A DNA stretch of 64,000 nucleotides from Polaribacter sp. (GTDB lineage: Bacteria > Bacteroidota > Bacteroidia > Flavobacteriales > Flavobacteriaceae): the NCBI RefSeq assembly GCF_036480315.1, contig NZ_JAZGGG010000020.1:42443-106442 (forward strand). The letters run 5' to 3'. How positions within the stretch are numbered: the stretch's first letter is position 1; each line of letters starts with the position of its first letter. Below, piece by piece: positions 7,018 to 17,481 of this stretch. The notes below the pieces were generated by a model. The model did no database searches, was not told where the DNA came from, and saw only the letters and a list, made by a program, of their open reading frames with translations. A program made the position numbers and the translations under genes.

Positions 7018-8997
7018 CTACCTTCTCCTCTTTTTGGAAGAACTTCTAGTCGCTTTTTTCTTTCGCTTATTAAAAGGAACAGGAACTGCATCATCAAAAG
7101 TATTCTTTACTTCTTTAGCATTTTTGTTCTTTTTCCAAGAATTAGAATCTGGCAATAAAACTTTTAATAAATCTTGTCTACCTACTTTGTTTAGTGTGTT
7201 TCTAATCCAATCTTTATTTTCTTTTTTATACCAAAAGAAAAATTTATGTTGGTCTTCTCTCTCCTTTTTAGTTTTCGGAGTTTTAGTAGGTTTTAACGTA
7301 TAAGGATGAAATCCTGAATAATAAATAACCGTTGCAACTGTCATTGGTGTTGGTGTAAAACCTTGCACTTGCTCTAACTGAAAGCCCATATCTTTGGTTT
7401 CTGCAGCTAGGTTTGCCATGTCCTCTACTTCACTTGCTGGGTGACTAGAAATAAAATACGGGATCAATTGAAGGTTCAATCTTTTCTTTACATTTATTCT
7501 ATCAAAACGCTCCTTAAACATATGAAAATATTTAAAAGACGGTTTACGCATCAATTTTAAAACAGGGTCAGAAGTATGTTCTGGTGCAACTTTTAATCGC
7601 CCAGAAACGTGTTTTGTCAATACTTCTTCTGTGTACGCATCTAATTCTTTAGGGTCTGCATTCTTATTGAATTCTGGCACCAACATATCATGTCTAATTC
7701 CACTTCCAATAAAAGATTTTTTAATCTTCGGATGTTTATCAACTGCTTGATATAATTCCGTTAAAGGTTTATGAGAAGTATCTAAATTAGAACAAATGAC
7801 GGGCGAAATACAACTTGGGGCAACACATTTATCGCAAATAGATTGTACTTTTCCTTTCATCTGATACATATTTGCAGAAGGTCCTCCAATATCAGATAAA
7901 TTGCCTTTAAAATCTGGCATATTTGCCACTTTATCTATTTCTTTTAAAACAGACTCTTGACTTCTACTCGCAATAAATTTCCCTTGATGTGCAGAAATAG
8001 TACAAAAACTACAACCACCAAAACATCCTCTGTGAATATTTATCGAGAATTTTATCATTTCAAACGCAGGTATTGGTCCACGTTTATCATATTTTGGATG
8101 CGGTAATCTCGTAAAAGGCAAATCGAAAGAACCATCAATTTCCTTTTCGGTCATTGTTGGATACGGCGGGTTTATCACCAACGTTTTTCCTTCTACATCT
8201 TGTAAAATTCTTCTTGCTTTTAATTTATTCGATTCTTGTTCAATTATTTTAAAGTTAGAAGCAAATGTTTTTTTATCATTTAAACAAGCAACATGAGAAT
8301 TTATAGTTACATCTTCCCAATCATTAATAATTGGTAATTTCTCTACCTTTTCATCAACAAAAATAGCCGTTTGTTTAATGTTTTTTAAACTAGAAAACGG
8401 AACCCCTTTTTGCATTAGTTCTACAATTTCACGCAAAGGTTGTTCTCCCATTCCATACACCAACATATCTGCTTTAGAAGTTTCTAAAATAGTTGGCAAC
8501 AACTTATCAGACCAATAATCATAATGTGTTACACGTCTTAAAGAAGCTTCAATACCACCAATTAAAACAGGAATATCCGGGAATTTATCTTTTAATATTT
8601 TCGAATACACAGAAGTTGCATAATCTGGTCTAAAACCTTTATCTCCATTTGGCGTATATGCATCTTTATCTCTACTTCGTTTACTTGCAGTGTAATTAGA
8701 AACCATCGGATCCATACAGCCACCAGTAACACCAAAAAATAAACGAGGTTTTCCTAATTTTTCAAAATCTTGTAAATTATCATTTACACTTGGTTGCGGC
8801 ACAATTGCAACACGCAAACCATAACTCTCTAAAATTCTACCAATTACTGCTGGTCCAAAAGACGGATGATCTACATACGCATCTCCACTAAATAAAATCA
8901 CATCTAATGCTGACCAACCACGAATCTTAACTTCCTTGTTTGTAGTTGGTAACCAATCTGTTAGTTGATGTCTTTTAGTTTCTTGCATAGTTTGCAA
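7018..8997 (-). CDS. ygiQ: YgiQ family radical SAM protein
   Basis: GDAYVDHPSFG N-terminus, CFGGCSFC radical SAM motif. Confidence 0.92.
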   Translation of the reverse strand: MQTMQETKRHQLTDWLPTTNKEVKIRGWSALDVILFSGDAYVDHPSFGPAVIGRILESYGLRVAIVPQPSVNDNLQDFEKLGKPRLFFGVTGGCMDPMVSNYTASKRSRDKDAYTPNGDKGFRPDYATSVYSKILKDKFPDIPVLIGGIEASLRRVTHYDYWSDKLLPTILETSKADMLVYGMGEQPLREIVELMQKGVPFSSLKNIKQTAIFVDEKVEKLPIINDWEDVTINSHVACLNDKKTFASNFKIIEQESNKLKARRILQDVEGKTLVINPPYPTMTEKEIDGSFDLPFTRLPHPKYDKRGPIPAFEMIKFSINIHRGCFGGCSFCTISAHQGKFIASRSQESVLKEIDKVANMPDFKGNLSDIGGPSANMYQMKGKVQSICDKCVAPSCISPVICSNLDTSHKPLTELYQAVDKHPKIKKSFIGSGIRHDMLVPEFNKNADPKELDAYTEEVLTKHVSGRLKVAPEHTSDPVLKLMRKPSFKYFHMFKERFDRINVKKRLNLQLIPYFISSHPASEVEDMANLAAETKDMGFQLEQVQGFTPTPMTVATVIYYSGFHPYTLKPTKTPKTKKEREDQHKFFFWYKKENKDWIRNTLNKVGRQDLLKVLLPDSNSWKKNKNAKEVKNTFDDAVPVPFNKRKKKATRSSSKKRRR

Positions 8998-9036
8998 AAA
9001 TACGAGAATTATAATGGATTAAAACACTTTTTTTAA

Positions 9037-9110
9037 GCAATTTCCTGCTTTCACTACTCGCTTTTTTTGTACCTCAAAAGAGCTCAAACAAACCGTTCAA
9101 TCAGGGCTAG
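9037..9110 (+). ncRNA. Flavo-1-like structured repeat, copy 1
   Basis: gcaatttcctgctttc...caatcagggcta, shared with 24676-24811 and 36316-36473; family name from recollection of the Flavo-1 motif, not searched. Confidence 0.55.
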
Positions 9111-9161
9111 ACTTGTTTGCTAACTTTTAACAAGACCAAAACTATTCTAATTCCTTAAACA

Positions 9162-9926
9162 TTATTTTACAATTAAATGCGGAACATCATCCACATTCCA
9201 ATCAATTACTAAACCACCAGCTAAAGATTTTGCAACTTCTTTGCCGTATAAAAATTCACATAAATACAACGCAGCTTCAAAAGATTTTGCACCTCCAGCA
9301 GATGTAATGTATTTTCCATCATGCACAAACAAAACCTCTTTTCTAATTTCTAATTCAGGGAACATTGTTCTCATTTTATCAATATCACTCGGAAAAGTAG
9401 TAGAAACTTTTCCATTTAACAATTCTGCTTTTGCTAATACAAATGCACCGTCGCAATGAGAAGTAACATAAGTAGCTTCCTTATCAACTCGTTTAACAAA
9501 TTCTATCATAGCAGTATCTTCCAAATCGGAATCTAAATGATGTTCTGCTGAAGGAACTACTAAAATATCAATTTTTGGTAACGAATCTTTTAAATAATTA
9601 AAATCTGGTAAAATTCTCATTCCTTCAAAAGTGACAATTGGTTTGTTTGTATTTGCAACTGTAAAAACATTCATTGCTTTAATATTTTCTCTAAAAATAG
9701 TATGTTGAAAAATATCAAAAGGAGCCGTTAATTCAGTATTAAAAGTTCCGTCCATAATTAAAAAAGCAACATTATATCTGCCTTTTTCTAATTTAGGAAA
9801 CACTTTACTTTGTTTCACTTCTTCTTGTAATTTGTTCTTATCCTCATCACTTTTGGTTTGACAACTAACAATTACAATTATTAATAAAGACAACAGAACT
9901 CTTTTCATATTATGTGTTTTAATCAA
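9162..9926 (-). CDS. DJ-1/PfpI family lipoprotein
   Basis: Lipobox IVSC, SHCDGAFVL nucleophile elbow, ITSAG. Confidence 0.85.
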   Translation of the reverse strand: MIKTHNMKRVLLSLLIIVIVSCQTKSDEDKNKLQEEVKQSKVFPKLEKGRYNVAFLIMDGTFNTELTAPFDIFQHTIFRENIKAMNVFTVANTNKPIVTFEGMRILPDFNYLKDSLPKIDILVVPSAEHHLDSDLEDTAMIEFVKRVDKEATYVTSHCDGAFVLAKAELLNGKVSTTFPSDIDKMRTMFPELEIRKEVLFVHDGKYITSAGGAKSFEAALYLCEFLYGKEVAKSLAGGLVIDWNVDDVPHLIVK

Positions 9927-10017
9927 ATATAAAAGTATTCAAAATCATTTTAACACTCAATTTTTTCATCAACTCTTTTTTGTTTCGTAGTTTTATCAAA
10001 AACTAATAAAACTCACC

Positions 10018-11949
10018 ATGAAAAAACTTATCCTATTCACAATTTTTAGTCTTTTCTTATTTTCTTCTTGCAACCCTAAAAAAGATAAAGAAGAAAAAAA
10101 AGATACTTATGTAGCTGATAATTACACAAAAAAAGAAATAGATATTGTAATGAGAGATGGTGTAAAATTACATACAACCGTTTATTATCCTAAAGATACT
10201 TCTAAAGAATATCCAATTTTAATGCAACGAACTCCTTATAGTTCTAGACCTTATGGAGAAGGAAAAATGAAAACCAAAATTGCACCTAATGCTCATTTAA
10301 TGAAAGACGGTTATATTGTTGTTTACCAAGATGTGCGTGGCCGTTGGATGAGTGAAGGTGTTTACGATAATATGCGTGCTTACATTCCTAATAAAACTGC
10401 AAAACAATCAGATGAAGTTTCAGATACTTACGACACAATAGATTGGTTGGTAAATAATTTGGAAAACAATAACGGAAATGTTGGTACTTGGGGAATTTCT
10501 TATCCTGGACATTATGCAACCATTTCTGCAATTGATGCACATCCAGCCTTAAAAGCAGCTTCTCCACAAGCGTGTATTGGCGATTTCTTCTTTGATGACT
10601 TTCATCATAATGGCGCTTTTTTATTGAGTTACTTTAGAGCAATTTCTTTATTCGGAACATACAAAGACACACCAACGGATTCTGCCTGGTATTCATTTCC
10701 GAAGATGAATTCTAAAGATCAATATCAATTTTTCTTGGATAAAGGTCCTTTAAAAAACTTGAACGAATATTTTCAATATGATAAATTAGATGTAAAAACT
10801 GCCGAAAATAAAGACAGAATCGATGATTTTTTCTGGAAAGAAATAGTTGATCATCCTAATTACGATTCGGTTTGGAAAAGCAAAGGAATTATTCAACATT
10901 TAAATAGAGTTCCTTCTAATGTAGCAACTATGATTGTGGCTGGAGAATTTGATGCAGAAGATTTATACGGGCCTTTAGAAACGTATAAAGCAATTGAAAA
11001 GCACGGAAAAGAAAATTACAATACATTGGTTTTTGGTCCTTGGGATCATGGGAAATGGTCTAGAACTGGAGTGAAAAATTATGTTGGTAATTATTATTTT
11101 GGAGATTCGATTTCTTTAAATTTTCAGAAAAATATTGAAACCAATTTCTTTCATCATTTCTTAAAAGGAAAAGGTGATAAAAATTCTGGTTTACCAGAAG
11201 CTTATGTTTTCGATTCTGGTAAAAAAGAATGGAAATCTTACGATACTTGGCCTCCTAAAAATGTTATGAAACAAGTAGGTTACTTCAGAAACGAACAAAA
11301 ACTACAAATTGTAAACAAAAATGTAGAATTTAAACATAAAATAGAATCAATCAAATTTATCAGTGATATCAAACGTCCTGTACCATATTCAGAAGATATT
11401 AAAACGGTTTTTACGCCAAGAAAATACATGACAGATGATCAACGTTTTGCGGCAAGAAGACCAGATGTTTTGGTTTTTGAAACAGAAGTTTTAACGGATG
11501 ACTTTACGTTAGTAGGAGACATTTTAGCAAAATTAAAAGTAGCAACTACAGGTACGGCAGCAGATTGGATTGTGAAAATTATTGATGTACACCCAGATAA
11601 TTTAAAAGAAAATAATGGTAAACTACAAGATCATTTAAAAATGAGTAACTATCATTTAATGGTTAGAAGTGAAGTTTTACGTGGGCGTTTCAGAAATAGT
11701 TTTGAAAATCCAGAGCCTTTTACACCAAACAAAAAAACGGATGTAAACATAAAATTACAAGATATTTTTCACACGTTTAAAAAAGGGCATAAATTGCAAA
11801 TTCAAGTGCAAAGTACTTGGTTTCCTTTAATTGATTTAAACCCGCAAACCTATGTAGATAATATTTTTAAAGCTAATAAAGAAGACTTTAAAACACAAAC
11901 ACATTCAGTTTTTACAGATTCATCAATCCAATTTTCAGTATTAAAATAA
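10018..11949 (+). CDS. CocE/NonD family hydrolase (lipoprotein)
   Basis: MRDGVKL, QDVRGR, GISYPG nucleophile, C-terminal PepX_C-like domain. Confidence 0.92.
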   Translation: MKKLILFTIFSLFLFSSCNPKKDKEEKKDTYVADNYTKKEIDIVMRDGVKLHTTVYYPKDTSKEYPILMQRTPYSSRPYGEGKMKTKIAPNAHLMKDGYIVVYQDVRGRWMSEGVYDNMRAYIPNKTAKQSDEVSDTYDTIDWLVNNLENNNGNVGTWGISYPGHYATISAIDAHPALKAASPQACIGDFFFDDFHHNGAFLLSYFRAISLFGTYKDTPTDSAWYSFPKMNSKDQYQFFLDKGPLKNLNEYFQYDKLDVKTAENKDRIDDFFWKEIVDHPNYDSVWKSKGIIQHLNRVPSNVATMIVAGEFDAEDLYGPLETYKAIEKHGKENYNTLVFGPWDHGKWSRTGVKNYVGNYYFGDSISLNFQKNIETNFFHHFLKGKGDKNSGLPEAYVFDSGKKEWKSYDTWPPKNVMKQVGYFRNEQKLQIVNKNVEFKHKIESIKFISDIKRPVPYSEDIKTVFTPRKYMTDDQRFAARRPDVLVFETEVLTDDFTLVGDILAKLKVATTGTAADWIVKIIDVHPDNLKENNGKLQDHLKMSNYHLMVRSEVLRGRFRNSFENPEPFTPNKKTDVNIKLQDIFHTFKKGHKLQIQVQSTWFPLIDLNPQTYVDNIFKANKEDFKTQTHSVFTDSSIQFSVLK

Positions 11950-11959
11950 ATTATTCAAC

Positions 11960-13780
11960 ATGAAAAATAAAATTCAATTTATCCTATTATTTCTTATAGT
12001 ATTTTCATTTCAAGCACAAGAAAAAGCTGTTCCCATTTTCAAAGATGGAGAAGCACAAATTGTAGAAGCTTTTAAGGATTCAGAAAAATGGATTCGCCAC
12101 GATTTATGGGTAGAAACTACTTTTGACACAGATGGCGATGGTAAATTAGACAGAATGCATGTAGATGTTACTAGACCTTTACAAACAAAAACAGAGGGTT
12201 TAAAATTACCTGTTGTTTATGAATCTAGCCCTTACTATTCTGGAGTTGCAAACGGAGGAAGAGAATTATTTTGGAATGTAAAACATGAACTAGGTAAAAA
12301 AGTACCAAACCCTTTTCATCCAGAAGTAAAAAGAAGAGGAAAACGCCCAATTATTTCGAATTCTCAAATTAAAACGTGGGTAGCTAGAGGTTATATTGTA
12401 GTTCATTCTTCTTCACCAGGAACCGGTTTATCAGATGGTGCGCCAACAGTTGGTGGTGATAATGAGTCTTTGGCTCCAAAAGCAGTTATAGATTGGCTGA
12501 ATGGACGTGCAAAAGGATTTATTTCTAGAGAAGGAAATGAAACAGTAACCGCTTTTTGGTCTACTGGAAAAGTAGGAATGACAGGAACTTCTTATAACGG
12601 AACGATTCCTTTAGCAGCTGCTACAACTGGAGTAGAAGGTTTAGAAGCAATTATTCCTATTGCACCAAACACATCTTATTATCATTACTATCGTTCTAAC
12701 GGGTTAGTGCGGTCTCCTGGAGGTTATTTAGGGGAAGATATAGATGTTTTATACGATTTTATTCATAGTGGGAAAGAAAAAAATAGAGCCAGAAATAACA
12801 AAGTTGTTAGAGATACTGAAATGGCAAATGGTATGGATAGAATCTCTGGAGATTACAACGATTTTTGGGCTGGAAGAGATTATATAAATGATATGAAACC
12901 AATGAAAGCTGCATTGTTAATGTCTCATGGTTTTAACGATTGGAATGTGATGCCAGAACATAGTTACAGAATTTATAAGAAAGCTTCAGAAATGGGCTTG
13001 TCAACTCAAATTTATTATCATCAAAATGGACATGGAGGTCCACCACCAATGAAAATGATGAATCGTTGGTTTACAAGATATTTACATGGGATTGAAAATG
13101 GTGTTGAAAACGACTCAAAAGCTTGGATTGTTAGAGAAAATGACAAAAGAACTGAACCAACAGCTTATAAAAATTATCCAAACCCCCAAGCTAAACCTGT
13201 TACTTTTTATTTAAATGGAGGGGCTCCTGGGGTTGGAAGTTTAACTACAAACAATTCAACATCAAAAGGAACAGAAACTTTAGTAGATAATTATTCTTTT
13301 TCTGGAGAAACTTTAGCGCAAGCTGATTATACAAACCATCGTTTATTATATGTTAGTCCAGCCTTAAAAGAAGATCTACATATTTCTGGTGTATCAACCA
13401 TAACAATAAAAGCAGCAAGTTCTAAATCTGCAATAAACCTATCTGTGTATTTGGTTTCTTTACCATGGAATAAAGGCCGTAGAACAAAAATAACTGATAA
13501 CATTATAACACGTGGTTGGGCAGATTTACAAAATCATAAATCTTTATCAAAAAGTGCTCCATTAAAACCTGGTGAATTTTACGAAATGACGTTTGATTTA
13601 CAACCAGATGATCAAATTATTAAAAAAGGCCAGCAAATTGGGTTGCTAATTTTTTCTAGTGATGCAAATTTCACCTTATTACCTAAACCAGGAACTGAAC
13701 TTACGCTTGATTTAAAAGGAACTAAAATTACAATTCCTATTGTTGGAGGAATGAATACTGTTGAAAAATCTTTGAAATAA
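11960..13780 (+). CDS. pepX: Xaa-Pro dipeptidyl-peptidase (S15)
   Basis: DTDGDGKLD, GTSYNG nucleophile, DWNV, HQNGH; signal peptide. Confidence 0.85.
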   Translation: MKNKIQFILLFLIVFSFQAQEKAVPIFKDGEAQIVEAFKDSEKWIRHDLWVETTFDTDGDGKLDRMHVDVTRPLQTKTEGLKLPVVYESSPYYSGVANGGRELFWNVKHELGKKVPNPFHPEVKRRGKRPIISNSQIKTWVARGYIVVHSSSPGTGLSDGAPTVGGDNESLAPKAVIDWLNGRAKGFISREGNETVTAFWSTGKVGMTGTSYNGTIPLAAATTGVEGLEAIIPIAPNTSYYHYYRSNGLVRSPGGYLGEDIDVLYDFIHSGKEKNRARNNKVVRDTEMANGMDRISGDYNDFWAGRDYINDMKPMKAALLMSHGFNDWNVMPEHSYRIYKKASEMGLSTQIYYHQNGHGGPPPMKMMNRWFTRYLHGIENGVENDSKAWIVRENDKRTEPTAYKNYPNPQAKPVTFYLNGGAPGVGSLTTNNSTSKGTETLVDNYSFSGETLAQADYTNHRLLYVSPALKEDLHISGVSTITIKAASSKSAINLSVYLVSLPWNKGRRTKITDNIITRGWADLQNHKSLSKSAPLKPGEFYEMTFDLQPDDQIIKKGQQIGLLIFSSDANFTLLPKPGTELTLDLKGTKITIPIVGGMNTVEKSLK

Positions 13781-13786
13781 TTTTGT

Positions 13787-14242
13787 ATGAAATTCATTTG
13801 TTCTGTAATTATAAATTCATCTAAAAACAATGTTGCAAAGTTATTTGGGAATCCTGATTTTTTAGGTGAATATCAAGATGGTTTTTTAAGAAAAAAACAT
13901 ATTTCTGGAGAAGCTGGCAAAGAAGGTTCTATTTCTAAAATGTATTATAAAATGGGAAAAGGTGAAATGGAATTGACAGAAACCATTTTAAAGAATGAAT
14001 TGCCTAATTCATTCTCTGCTTTTTATTTTCATAAACATACAGAAAATACCATGACATCAACATTTATTACATTAGATGAAAATATTACAGAATTAAGTGC
14101 AGAAATAGATTACACTGCTTTAAAAGGTTTTATGGTAAAAATAATTGCTTTTCTATTTCCTTCTTTTTTTAAAAAACAAGTTCAAAAATGGTTGAAAAAC
14201 TTTAAAGTATTTGTAGAAAAACAATCAAATACGGTTAATTAA
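13787..14242 (+). CDS. SRPBCC family protein
   Basis: 151 aa START-like pattern ending in an amphipathic helix (FKKQVQKWLKNFK). Confidence 0.75.
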   Translation: MKFICSVIINSSKNNVAKLFGNPDFLGEYQDGFLRKKHISGEAGKEGSISKMYYKMGKGEMELTETILKNELPNSFSAFYFHKHTENTMTSTFITLDENITELSAEIDYTALKGFMVKIIAFLFPSFFKKQVQKWLKNFKVFVEKQSNTVN

Positions 14243-14243
14243 T

Positions 14244-15556
14244 ATGGAAGATACTAAAGGAATTTTATCTAAAGAAAAAACAAACGATTGGCTACAAAGA
14301 TTAAAAAATGAAAGCTGGGAAGCTGAATTATTAGTTTCTGCAATTGCTATTTTTGGTACTTTTCAATTATTTAAAGTAATAAATTGGACCACAAATTGGT
14401 TTATAGACATCTTAACGCCTAACCAATATATTTATGCTTACTTTATAGTGTTTTTTGGCTTAATAGCCATAAGCACATTGGTTGCAATGTTTATAATACA
14501 CTTTTTTTTACGAGCCTATTGGATTGGTCTAGTAGGTTTAAATTCTGTTTTTTCTGATTATAGTATAGAAGACAGTGCATATTCAAAAATTTATACAGAA
14601 AAAATACTTTCAATCTTACCAAAACTAACAGATTCAATACAAAAAGTAGACAAACTATGTAGTGTTATTTTCTCTGTAGCTTTTACATTTTTACTAATGT
14701 TTGGCTACATAGCATTACTCGCAAGCATCTACTTATTACTGTTTAATTTATTATCTGACTATGTTTCAATATATATATATTATTAATTCCTGCTATAATA
14801 TTTTTGATTATTTACTTTTTACAGTTAATTATTTCTGTAATTGCTAACATAAAAAAATATAAAAATGATACCAAAATTCAGACTTGGTATTTTCAGCTTG
14901 TAAAAATTGGTTCTATTTTTATGTTAGGTCCTTTGTATAAAAATATTTTACAAATAACAATGATTTTTGGCTCTAACTTCAAGAAAAACAAATCGTTAGT
15001 AATGCTAATTATAGCTTTTTTATGTTCAGGAATGTTAGTTTCTTTTGTTAAAATTGATGATACTAATATCTTTTATTTAATTGATAAATCTTTCGATATA
15101 CCTACAGATAATTCTAAACCTTTTTCTAGTTATTATAAGTCTGAAGATAGTAGTGTAGATTTTTTATTAACACCACAATTAGAATCAGATGTTATTACCA
15201 CTAAACTCACAAAACTCTTTATTCCTATTTTTGAACACGAGCGAAAAAACTTTCAAAAGAACTGCCCCGAATTTAAAGATGATGATACCAAGAGTAGAAA
15301 TGAAAATAGAATAAAAGACAGGGAAAACAAATTAGATTGTTACCATAATTACAATCAAATATTAATAAATGATAAAATTATTGAAGTAAATTTCAATAAA
15401 TATCACCATCCAATAACAAAACAATTCGGAATTATTTGTTATTTAAAATCTAGCAATTTTATAGAAGGAAAGAATATTTTAATTGTCAACAAATTGAATG
15501 AAATAGGAAAAGACAAAACAAATTGGCTCATTCCTTTTCAATATTATAAAGACTAA
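14244..15556 (+). pseudogene. Membrane protein gene split by a frameshift at an (AT)6 tract
   Basis: ORFs 14244-14786 and 14804-15556; removing one AT from 14769-14780 gives a continuous 436-aa frame (...SIYILLIPAIIFLII...). Confidence 0.8.
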
Positions 15557-15562
15557 TTACTT

Positions 15563-15585
15563 AAATCCGCCAAGGCGGATTTTTT
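15563..15585 (+). terminator. Intrinsic terminator
   Basis: aaatccgcc-aa-ggcggattt followed by T tract, between convergent genes. Confidence 0.75.
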
Positions 15586-15633
15586 CTATTTTCACCAACT
15601 TTGTAAATTATTAATTGATTTAACTTCATATTT

Positions 15634-16845
15634 TTATTTTTTTATTACCTCCTTTTTTAAAACTTTCATTAAAAAAAGTAAGGTTAAAACTCCTACAAGT
15701 GCAAAAACGGTTATTACATTCCAAGTAAATTCGTAACCGAATTCAGCAATCATTTGCATACCAACATTATGGCTAAAAATATGGGCTAATGAAAATGAAA
15801 TACTATATAAGGCCATATATTCTCCTGGATTTCCTTTTTTTGACCTCTCTACTGCAAACGCGTTAGAAAACGGAAAAGCCATCATTTCTCCAATAGACAT
15901 CAACACCATTCCTATCCATAAAATTCCAACCCAAGAAGTTAAATTTAAAACGATATAACTCATGGCAACTAAAAATAGACCAATAGCAACTAATTTAATT
16001 TTCGAGGTTTTAGAATTTTGTAACCAATCTATTAATGGCATTTCAAATATAAAAATGAAAAGTCCGCTAAACCCCATTAATAAACCAATTTCTAATTCAT
16101 TTAACATTCTTATCTCTTTATAATACAAAGGAATTGTAGAGAAATACTGTAAGAAGACAAAGCCAAAAATAAACATAGCAACAAAAAACACCCAAAAAGC
16201 CTTGTCTTTATATGCAGAAATAGGGTTTTCTACCTTAATTTCTGCTTCAACTTTTGATTTCTTGGGATGTAAAACTTGTAACAATAAAAAAGCAGCTAGA
16301 ATACAAGTAACTCCATCAACCCAAAATAATCCTTGGTAACTAAAAAAAGTAATAATTAATCCACCAATTGCAGGTCCAGCAGAAAAACCTAAATTAATTG
16401 CCAATCGAATTAAAGTCACAGAACGGGTTCTGTTTTCTGGCTTGCTATACGCATTTAATGCAACAAACATTGCAGGTCTAAAAGAATCTGCTACTAACAT
16501 TACAAAGAAAATTCCTGCACAAAAAGTTTCAAAAGTATTAGCAAATTGCAACAACACAAAAAGAATTCCCGTACCAATTAAACTAAATAGCATCACCTTA
16601 TAATAACCAATTTTATCAGTTAATTTCCCTCCAAGCCAAGTACCAAAAACTGATCCTATACCAAAGAAAGACATGATCCAACCAACATCAGAAAGTGAAA
16701 AACTTAAACTGTCTGATAAATAAATTGACAGAAATGGTATAACCATAGTTCCTGCTCTATTTATAAGCGTAATTAATGACAACCACCAAACCTCTCTAGA
16801 GAGTCCGCTAAAAGATTTTATGTAATTATTATATAGTTTTTTCAT
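15634..16845 (-). CDS. MFS transporter (drug/metabolite exporter-like)
   Basis: GGKLTDKIGY motif A, about 12 TM segments. Confidence 0.92.
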   Translation of the reverse strand: MKKLYNNYIKSFSGLSREVWWLSLITLINRAGTMVIPFLSIYLSDSLSFSLSDVGWIMSFFGIGSVFGTWLGGKLTDKIGYYKVMLFSLIGTGILFVLLQFANTFETFCAGIFFVMLVADSFRPAMFVALNAYSKPENRTRSVTLIRLAINLGFSAGPAIGGLIITFFSYQGLFWVDGVTCILAAFLLLQVLHPKKSKVEAEIKVENPISAYKDKAFWVFFVAMFIFGFVFLQYFSTIPLYYKEIRMLNELEIGLLMGFSGLFIFIFEMPLIDWLQNSKTSKIKLVAIGLFLVAMSYIVLNLTSWVGILWIGMVLMSIGEMMAFPFSNAFAVERSKKGNPGEYMALYSISFSLAHIFSHNVGMQMIAEFGYEFTWNVITVFALVGVLTLLFLMKVLKKEVIKK

Positions 16846-16868
16846 GGTTTATTAATTGGTATAAAAGT

Positions 16869-16900
16869 AAAAAAGTCCGACTGTGAAGTCGGACTTTTTT
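16869..16900 (-). terminator. Attenuator terminator in the MFS 5' leader
   Basis: Perfect 14-bp stem aaaaaagtccgact / agtcggactttttt ending 24 nt before the MFS start codon. Confidence 0.8.
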
Positions 16901-16926
16901 AATTGTTTGATTTTATATTGATATTA

Positions 16927-17001
16927 TCAAAACATATAAACGTACCGACTTTTTCGTGAAATACACGATTGCTTGGTTAAATATGTAATGACGTTCCTCA
17001 T
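16927..17001 (-). CDS. Putative leader peptide (24 aa) of the MFS gene
   Basis: MRNVITYLTKQSCISRKSRYVYMF*; codons K-S-R contain aagtcgg, complementary to the 5' arm of the terminator. Confidence 0.65.
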   Translation of the reverse strand: MRNVITYLTKQSCISRKSRYVYMF

Positions 17002-17100
17002 CTTAAATTTCTAATTATGGTATAAAACTACATAAAATATCAATATAAAAACCAAAAATTATTTTCTTTCTTGTATTTTAGAGCAAAACTTAAAAAAAAC

Positions 17101-17481
17101 ATGAAAAAATTAAAAACCAGTCATATATTAATTACTGCATTTATAGTAATAGTAAGTCTTCTATTTATTTCTACTTATTTAAAAGACAATAATGTTTCTA
17201 ACTTAAAAGAAAACGGAATTGTAACGTTGGCAATCATCAGTAAAATAGATGCAAACAATTATAGAGCTAATGAAATGGATGGGTCTAAAATTGAAAACTA
17301 TATTTTTACCTTTAATTTTTCTGTAAACGAAGAAAAAATAAAAAGTATAAGAACTGTTGAAAAGAAAAATTTCTCTAAATTCTTTAGCAAAGAATTATTT
17401 GTAAATGATACTATCTCTATTTTATACGATCCATCAAATCCTAGAAATAATAAAATCAAAGAACTAACAACCGTAGAATAA
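17101..17481 (+). CDS. Hypothetical protein with N-terminal TM helix
   Basis: ATG at 17101 preferred to TTG at 17071; ends in ILYDPSNPRN as in DUF3592-like proteins. Confidence 0.7.
   Translation: MKKLKTSHILITAFIVIVSLLFISTYLKDNNVSNLKENGIVTLAIISKIDANNYRANEMDGSKIENYIFTFNFSVNEEKIKSIRTVEKKNFSKFFSKELFVNDTISILYDPSNPRNNKIKELTTVE

Noticed and set aside
10018-13780. Tandem CocE and PepX hydrolases as a special system
   Set aside because: Exported peptidase clusters are ordinary in proteolytic marine Bacteroidetes; no further distinctive signal
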